A DNA stretch of 64,000 nucleotides from an uncultured Acidobacteriota bacterium (GTDB taxonomy: Bacteria; Acidobacteriota; Vicinamibacteria; Vicinamibacterales; UBA8438): assembly GCA_913043225.1 (NCBI GenBank), contig CAJWLU010000011.1, forward strand, positions 1 to 64,000, in the 5' to 3' direction. Each line of letters begins with the position of its first letter. The stretch's first letter is position 1. Of the stretch, positions 57,767 to 64,000 are shown in pieces. The position numbers were made by a program, and so were the translations under genes. Below the pieces are notes generated by a model that made no database searches, was not told the origin of the DNA, and saw nothing but the letters and a program-made list of their open reading frames with translations.

Positions 57767-58792
57767 ATGTCGGACCAGCAGTGGTACATGGCAAAGCACG
57801 GGCACCAGATCGGCCCCATGTCGGAAGCCGAGCTCATCGGCAATATCCAGAACGGTAGCGCCGAGGCCAAGACACTGGTGTTCACCTCCGGCATGACCAA
57901 CTGGACGCCACTGGGTAAGGTGCCGCAGCTGGCCGCCCGGCTAAGCGGCGGACAGGACGTGCCCACACCTCCGATGCCACCGGGACGGACCGCCCACGAG
58001 ATCGACTTTGCGGTCGAAGGCACCGAGATGCAATACGTCGAGGTGGAGCTCGACCCGGGCGAGAGCGCTGTAGCCGAAGCAGGCGCGATGATGTATATGA
58101 CCCAAGGCATCAGCATGGAGACCGTCTTCGGAGATGCCAGCCACCAGCAGGAACAGTCGGGACTTATGGACAAGCTGCTGGGCGCAGGCAAGCGGCTGCT
58201 CACGGGTGAGAGCCTCTTCATGACGGTGTTCACCAACAGCGGCTCTGGCAAGCAGCAGGTCGCCTTCGCCGCCCCATACGCCGGCAAGATCCTGTCGATG
58301 GATCTATCGGAGCTCGGGGGCGAGCTGATCTGTCAGAAAGACTCGTTCCTGTGCGCAGCCAAAGGGGTGAGCATCGGTATCGCTTTTCAGAAGAAGATCG
58401 GCGTCGGGCTGTTCGGCGGCGAGGGGTTCATCATGCAACGGCTCCAGGGCGACGGACTGTCGTTCCTGCACGCCGGCGGCACGGTACACCTGGTGCACCT
58501 GAAGCCGGGCGAGACCCTGCGAGTGGACACCGGTTGCCTGGTGGCGCTGCAGCCGAGCGTGGACTACGACATCCAGTTCGTGGGCGGCATCAAAACGGCC
58601 CTGTTTGGCGGCGAGGGGCTGTTCTTTGCCCAGCTCCGTGGTCCGGGGCGGGTCTGGCTGCAGTCTCTGCCGCTAAGCCGGCTAGCCGACCGCATTTACA
58701 AGGCAGCCCCGCAGACCGGCGGTCGACGCCAGGGCGAGGGCTCGATTCTGGACAACATCGGAGGCTTAGGTAACCTCATAGATGGTAAGTAA
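57767..58792 (+). CDS. TIGR00266/AIM24 family protein with N-terminal GYF_2 (DUF4339) domain
   Basis: GAGGAGG RBS; WY....G.Q.GP...EL...GM.NW; VELDPGE...AEAGAMM, TGESLF, FGGEGF, GPG.VW.QSLP. Confidence 0.92.
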   Translation: MSDQQWYMAKHGHQIGPMSEAELIGNIQNGSAEAKTLVFTSGMTNWTPLGKVPQLAARLSGGQDVPTPPMPPGRTAHEIDFAVEGTEMQYVEVELDPGESAVAEAGAMMYMTQGISMETVFGDASHQQEQSGLMDKLLGAGKRLLTGESLFMTVFTNSGSGKQQVAFAAPYAGKILSMDLSELGGELICQKDSFLCAAKGVSIGIAFQKKIGVGLFGGEGFIMQRLQGDGLSFLHAGGTVHLVHLKPGETLRVDTGCLVALQPSVDYDIQFVGGIKTALFGGEGLFFAQLRGPGRVWLQSLPLSRLADRIYKAAPQTGGRRQGEGSILDNIGGLGNLIDGK

Positions 58793-58937
58793 GGACTTGC
58801 TCATTCATATGCCCGGGTCGACAGTGATATAATCCACCCGGCGTAGGAAGAGGTAGTTTCGTCCCTGCGCACCGCTCAAATCGGCATCTTGCACTGGGCG
58901 CCTCGGGTGCCCAAGATCGCCCCTTAGCACACGAGGT

Positions 58938-59417
58938 ATGAGGACTATGCGGAACCCGTCTGCAGACAAGAGCCGCCGTCGAGTGGCAGCTATTTTCGTC
59001 GCGGCGCTATGCGCCGTTGTGGCCATGTTCGCTGGCGCCCCGGGCCTTTCGACCGTGGCCGCACAGGAAGCCACCATCTGGGACGGTGTCTACACCGAAG
59101 AGCAGGCCGAGCGCGGCATGAAGGTCTACGAGCAGGAATGCGCGGCATGCCACCTGGACGATCTAATGGGCGACGGCATCGCGCCGGCCCTGGTGGGATC
59201 GTCGTTCTTCTTCCGGTGGAGCGACCTCTCGGTTGGTGACATGTATGCCGCCATCCGCACCACCATGCCGCAGGGCGCACCGGCCAGCTTGAGTCCGGCG
59301 GGCTACGCTGAGATTTCGGCCTACATGCTGCAGAAGAACAACGTACCGGCTGGTGATACCGAGTTGTCGTCGGACATGGACGACCTCGAGGTCATCACCA
59401 TCACCGATTCGCAGTAG
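58938..59417 (+). CDS. Monoheme cytochrome c
   Basis: Signal peptide; W.GVYT..QA.RG..Y...CAACH; TMP axial Met. Confidence 0.92.
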   Translation: MRTMRNPSADKSRRRVAAIFVAALCAVVAMFAGAPGLSTVAAQEATIWDGVYTEEQAERGMKVYEQECAACHLDDLMGDGIAPALVGSSFFFRWSDLSVGDMYAAIRTTMPQGAPASLSPAGYAEISAYMLQKNNVPAGDTELSSDMDDLEVITITDSQ

Positions 59418-59546
59418 CACCCTACGCCCTGGCGCCGCTCCGCGGCGCCGGGGCGCTCCTCCCTTCCCCGCCAAGACGTCCGGCGTGGGCTCCTTCCCTC
59501 GACACCAATTGGACTCGGGATTGGTGGGTTCCGTGCCGCCGGCCTT

Positions 59547-61010
59547 TCAGCTGCTGGCTGGTTCCGACGTCGATGTCGTCGTCGAAGTGGTAAGCCCCAT
59601 CCGTTGCGCCGCCCGCTCGGCCTCTTCGCGACCCGGATAGCTGATGCCGCGACGGTGCAGCTTAAGCGTGTAGATGGAGAAGGGCGACAACCGGTGCGAC
59701 AGATACACGCTCCCCACCGTGGCCGCCATCAACGGCAGCATAATGCGGTAGTCATTGGTCATCTCGAACAGGATCAGGATTGAGGTGGTGGGCGCTTTGG
59801 CCGCAGCGGCGAAGAAGGCCGCCATCCCGACCATGGCATAGGCGCCAGACGTCGCCGTCCAGTCCGGGAAGACGAAGTGCACCAGCGAGCCAAAGGCGCC
59901 GCCGAGCATCGCCCCCATGTAGAGACTGGGCGCGAACACGCCGCCCGAACCGCCCGAACCCAGCGTAAAGCAATTGGCCACCATCTCGGCCACGAACAGG
60001 CCCACCAGCAGCTCCCACGGGAATCGCACCCAGAGCGCCGACTCGACGGCTGGGAGGCCTGCGCCATAGATATCCGGGAAATAGCGGAGTACCAGGCCTG
60101 CTAGCAGGCCGCCCACCGCCGGCTTCAGATAGTCGGGGAACTTCCAGGCACCAAACAGGTCCTCGGCCTTGTAGAGAGCGCGCACATAAAGGATGGCTGC
60201 CCAGCCAAGAATTAGCCCCATCGCGAAGTAGAGGGGCAGCTCACGACCGCTCACCAGGTCGTAGGCGGGCGCAGTGAACGCCGGATAATTGCCCAGATAC
60301 GAGCGCGCCACCATGCAGGAGCTGAGCGAGGTGAGCAGCACCAGCAGAAAGTCGGTTTGCAGCCGCCCGATGAGCACTTCCATCGAGAAGATGGCGCCAG
60401 CAATCGGCGCATTGAAGGTGGCAGCCACTCCGCCGGCAGCGCCGCAAGTAACCAACGTGCGGACGCGATGTGGCGTCAGCTTGGTCCATTGTCCCACCGC
60501 CGAGCCGATAGCTGAGCCGATCTGCACCATCGGTCCTTCGCGGCCGGCCGTGCCGCCAAAGCCGATAGTGAGCGACGAAGTGATGACCTTGATAGTGGCA
60601 ACGCGCTTACGGATACGACCGCCGCGACTGGCTAGTGCCGTCATCACTTCGGGCACGCCGTGTCCACGGGCTTCCTTCGCGAACTTGTGGATGAGCGGGC
60701 CCGCAATCAGGCCGCCGATGGCTGGCAACAGTACCAAGTTGGCGGGTCCGAAGATCTCGAGCGCGTGCGCCACCTCGCCCCGAGCAAACTCGGCCAGCCA
60801 TTCCAGCACGAAGATAAAGCCCACCGACCCGTAGCCTGTAAGCACCCCGACCACCACCGCAAGGATGATGAGATAGTTCTGTTCTGGGAGGAACGAGGCC
60901 TTGGAGAAGACCTTGGGCCAGCGGCCCATCGCCGCCCGCCACGTACGCGGCGGGGACGACGACGGCGCGGGCTCGACCGGTTCGTGGATGTCGTCTTCGG
61001 CGGAGGTCAT
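59547..61010 (-). CDS. ClC family chloride channel/transporter, no CBS domains
   Basis: GHGVPE, GREGP, FNAPIAG, GGVFAP, GMAA, FEMT, SIY. Confidence 0.95.
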   Translation of the reverse strand: MTSAEDDIHEPVEPAPSSSPPRTWRAAMGRWPKVFSKASFLPEQNYLIILAVVVGVLTGYGSVGFIFVLEWLAEFARGEVAHALEIFGPANLVLLPAIGGLIAGPLIHKFAKEARGHGVPEVMTALASRGGRIRKRVATIKVITSSLTIGFGGTAGREGPMVQIGSAIGSAVGQWTKLTPHRVRTLVTCGAAGGVAATFNAPIAGAIFSMEVLIGRLQTDFLLVLLTSLSSCMVARSYLGNYPAFTAPAYDLVSGRELPLYFAMGLILGWAAILYVRALYKAEDLFGAWKFPDYLKPAVGGLLAGLVLRYFPDIYGAGLPAVESALWVRFPWELLVGLFVAEMVANCFTLGSGGSGGVFAPSLYMGAMLGGAFGSLVHFVFPDWTATSGAYAMVGMAAFFAAAAKAPTTSILILFEMTNDYRIMLPLMAATVGSVYLSHRLSPFSIYTLKLHRRGISYPGREEAERAAQRMGLTTSTTTSTSEPASS

Positions 61011-62551
61011 TGCGCGTCCGGCAACAACGCGACGATACGGACGCGGTCGACCCGTCGCAGAGTAAGCAGGGCCGGCTCGACACGTCGCTCGAGCCGTTCG
61101 AAGCTGGCGCGCGAGTCCACGTCATCGGTGGCTCGCCCGTCGATCGTCAAGACCAGGTCGCCCAGTTCGAGACCAGCGGCAGCGGCAGCGCCGTCTGGTC
61201 GAGTGGCCACCACGCGCCACCCCTCGACACCATCAGCGCCAACATCCCACCGCAGGGCCACGCCCAGTCCAAGCAGCCGCACCGGCGGCTCGACGGGCGG
61301 CGCGCAGTCGACGCCTGGTAGGACCGTACCGCCGCTCAGTCGGCGGCGGCCGCGCAAGACCCGATAGCGCGTCAGGGTGCCCGCCTCGATAGCGTCCGAG
61401 CGGACGTTGAACGCGTCGACCGATTCGACCGGCTCACCGTCCCACTCCAGGATGATGTCGCCCGGGCGCAGCGACGGTTCGGGTACAAACGCCTCGGCTC
61501 GCAGCCGCTCCACCAGCAAGCCCTGCTCGATGTCGAGGAGCGCGATCACCTCGGGCGACAGCGCCGCAACAGAGATGGCGCGACACCGATCTACGCGCTG
61601 CAATTCGACCACGGACCGGCGCACGGCACTCGACGACAGCAACCGCGTACGTTCGCCCAACACCGAACCGCCCAGTGCCACGCCGACCAGTTCGCCATCC
61701 AAGTCGACGACAGCCGAGGCGCCGGTGCTCGACAGCGGCACCGATACTTCGAGAGAGGCGTCACCCGTGTCCTCGCCGCGCGCCGCTACCAGGTGCCCGG
61801 GCGTGATCGACGAACGACCGGAGCGGTCTCTGGTCACCGCACCCACGTAGGCTCCCGAGGGCACCGCCGCTGGCAGAACCAGACTGAACGATGGCACCCG
61901 CTCTATATCTACTTCGAAGAGCGCCAATCCCTGCTCGCTGTCGACGGCCACCAACCCATGCGGACGTGCGGGAGGTTCCTCAACCATAGGCTCAGGCTTG
62001 CCATCCGGATCGTCCACGGCAGCGTCGTCAGTCTCGGTCGCTTCGGCCAACTCAGCATCGACTTCGCCACCGCCAACCTCTGCGTCATCCCCCTCTCGCT
62101 CGTCTGGACGCAACAGCGCCTCGCGATCGAGCTCGGCCAGCACAGCTTCGCCGGCTGCCGCGGTGGTCAGAGCCAAGCCCGGCATCACCACCACGGCCGG
62201 TACGCTATTGGGCCCCACCAGCACCACGCGGTCTTCCACTCGCTCGCGCAGCTGGCCCCAGTAGTCGTCGAAGTAGGTCAGCGGCGTCTTTTCGAGATCG
62301 GGCCGACGCGGAGGATCTGGGGGAAGCGGCAGCGGCTCAGGCGCCGCCGTCGGCACGCCGTCGGCGTCAGCCGCCTCCACCGCGCGACCGGCCTCGAGCG
62401 CGCCCTGCACCAGCACGCCGGCGACGATCAGAATGATCACCACCGGGAACAAGAGCTGCCGTTCGTGCAGCGTACGGATAAAGGGAATGCGAAGGAGGCT
62501 ACCCACAGAAAGCGCCCATCGTTCGAGGAGGCCTAGCTCCCCCATAAGCAT
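61007..62551 (-). CDS. Membrane-anchored double-PDZ protein with degenerate trypsin-like domain
   Basis: TM helix; VVDLDGELVGV HtrA-like segment lacking GNSGG; two PDZ units (LRPGDII...DG; AGLE.GD.V..IDG). Start 62545-62551. Confidence 0.75.
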   Translation of the reverse strand: MLMGELGLLERWALSVGSLLRIPFIRTLHERQLLFPVVIILIVAGVLVQGALEAGRAVEAADADGVPTAAPEPLPLPPDPPRRPDLEKTPLTYFDDYWGQLRERVEDRVVLVGPNSVPAVVVMPGLALTTAAAGEAVLAELDREALLRPDEREGDDAEVGGGEVDAELAEATETDDAAVDDPDGKPEPMVEEPPARPHGLVAVDSEQGLALFEVDIERVPSFSLVLPAAVPSGAYVGAVTRDRSGRSSITPGHLVAARGEDTGDASLEVSVPLSSTGASAVVDLDGELVGVALGGSVLGERTRLLSSSAVRRSVVELQRVDRCRAISVAALSPEVIALLDIEQGLLVERLRAEAFVPEPSLRPGDIILEWDGEPVESVDAFNVRSDAIEAGTLTRYRVLRGRRRLSGGTVLPGVDCAPPVEPPVRLLGLGVALRWDVGADGVEGWRVVATRPDGAAAAAGLELGDLVLTIDGRATDDVDSRASFERLERRVEPALLTLRRVDRVRIVALLPDAQ

Positions 62552-62768
62552 TGTAGTACGCGCCACTCGCACCCGCAACCAAGGCAGGCGCGCCAGGACA
62601 AAGAACTCTCCCCACCACTGATGGTGACGGAGTGATAGGAGGTGTCAGCGAGTGCCGAGGACACTTACTGCTGATCGAGCAATTGCTACATCATCGCTAG
62701 ACCGGCCTCCACTACTGATTGCTCTGACGATAAAGGGCGACCTGCCAGGCCGTCCCTTTCGCTTGTAA

Positions 62769-64000
62769 TCACCCGAGGATGAAGGGCACGAGCAACAACG
62801 CGAGCGCCGGCACCACCGTGACCGCGATGAGATCCATCAGCACCCCGTAGCGGATCATGTCCGTGATCTTCACGCGCCCCGAGGCATAGACGATGGCGTT
62901 AGGCGGTGTCGACACCGGGAGCGCGTCGGCCACCGAAGCCGAGAGCGCGGCGGCCACGGACGGAACGATCGGATTGACGCCAGACGCCATAGCGATCGAT
63001 ATGACAATCGGGATGGCGATGTTCGTGGCCGCCGTGTTCGACATGGTCTCGGACAGGATGACCGTGAAGAGCGCCGCCGCGAAGGTCAACGTGACCATCT
63101 CGTCGGTCGGCACCAGCCCGGTGATGCCCTCGGCTACGACCAGAGCCAACCCGGAGGACGCAGCCATGGCGCCAAGCGACAGCCCTCCGCCGAAAAGCAG
63201 GATAGTGCCCCAGTCGATCTGGGCCGCCTGCTTCCAGGTGATGGTGCTCCGCTCGGTCTTGCTGTTGGGGAGGAGGAAGAGGAGCACGACGCCGATCAGT
63301 GCTGCCACCGCCTCCGGCACACTGGCCAGCACCGAGGCTGCCACCGGGTGCTCGCGCCCCAGAATCAGCGCCATAATACCTGGGCCTACCCACAACACCA
63401 CCGTGACGCTAAACGCGATCAGCGCGTTGATCTCGCCACGGCGCCAGGGACCGAGCGCCGCCCGACGTTTTGCGATGATCTTGTCGAGACCGGGAATCTC
63501 GCTGACCCCTGTCTTTCCCACCCAGTTCAGGTAGACGAAGACGATGGCCATTAGCACCAGCACGATGGGCATCGAGAACAGCATCCACTGCACGAAGGTG
63601 ATACGGAAATCGAGTTGCTCGCCAAGCATCCCTACTGCGATGAGATTGGGAGGTGTCCCTACCGGTGTCGCCATGCCACCCCGCGAACAGCAATAGGTAG
63701 TCATCAGCATCAACGCAGTACCGTACTTCTTCGGGATATCGGCTTCCGCCTCCATGAAACGGATAAGCGAGAGCCCGAGCGGAACGAGCATCGCCGCAGT
63801 CGCCGTGTTGCTCATCCAAGCCGAGAGCACCGCCGCGAGCACGCCGTAGGCAAAGAGGATCCTCCCAGGTCTGGCACCGACGATCTTGAGCGAGAGCACG
63901 CCGAAGGCCACCCTCTCATTGACCCGGTGCACGAACAACGCGTGCGCAAGGATAAAGCTGCCAATGAACAGGAAAATAGTAGTACTGGCGAAGGGCCTAA
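62769..64000 (-). CDS. DASS/SLC13 family anion:sodium symporter, 5'-truncated by window edge
   Basis: WMSNTAT, TPVGTPPN, IDW..ILLFGGG, MSNTA, LPVSTPPNAIVY. Confidence 0.93.
   Translation of the reverse strand, partial: RPFASTTIFLFIGSFILAHALFVHRVNERVAFGVLSLKIVGARPGRILFAYGVLAAVLSAWMSNTATAAMLVPLGLSLIRFMEAEADIPKKYGTALMLMTTYCCSRGGMATPVGTPPNLIAVGMLGEQLDFRITFVQWMLFSMPIVLVLMAIVFVYLNWVGKTGVSEIPGLDKIIAKRRAALGPWRRGEINALIAFSVTVVLWVGPGIMALILGREHPVAASVLASVPEAVAALIGVVLLFLLPNSKTERSTITWKQAAQIDWGTILLFGGGLSLGAMAASSGLALVVAEGITGLVPTDEMVTLTFAAALFTVILSETMSNTAATNIAIPIVISIAMASGVNPIVPSVAAALSASVADALPVSTPPNAIVYASGRVKITDMIRYGVLMDLIAVTVVPALALLLVPFILG

Noticed and set aside
56731..58287. 518-aa ORF as a single gene
   Set aside because: The 5' half is antisense to the well-supported AIM24 gene; only the part downstream of about 57612 looks coding.
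1..64000. CRISPR arrays, tRNA/rRNA, riboswitches, intact mobile elements
   Set aside because: No regularly spaced repeats, cloverleafs, recognisable aptamers or transposase/integrase ORFs were seen by eye; an Infernal/Rfam scan would be needed to exclude small RNAs in gaps such as 9180-9540, 36612-36920 and 58793-58937.

Overview
GC-rich bacterial chromosomal segment with about 60 densely packed genes. I found no rRNA, tRNA, CRISPR array, integrase or intact transposase. The gene content (several PQQ beta-propeller dehydrogenases, DUF1552/DUF1592/ankyrin, DUF1080, DUF4159, multi-domain TonB, many secreted hypotheticals) suggests Acidobacteriota, probably Vicinamibacteria; this is an inference. 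Recognisable housekeeping genes are pepE, pfkA, pyk, hisC, a ClC and a DASS transporter. The best candidate for an undescribed system is a periplasmic redox network. It includes four copies of an unannotated secreted family (PDLxGxW...RC...YxCHEGN), two directly upstream of quinoprotein genes and one fused to tandem VOC domains. It also includes four PQQ-type dehydrogenases: one with a lanthanide-type DxD motif coupled to a diheme cytochrome c, and two with a rebuilt Cys/His-rich active site. A cytochrome c/copper-monooxygenase fusion lies divergent to a type III PKS-FAD oxidoreductase-methyltransferase operon. Also present are two gene remnants (HIT, ABC-F), a matrixin with an 83-aa tandem repeat, and several likely leaderless promoters. 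All family assignments come from motif recognition by eye; no database searches were run.
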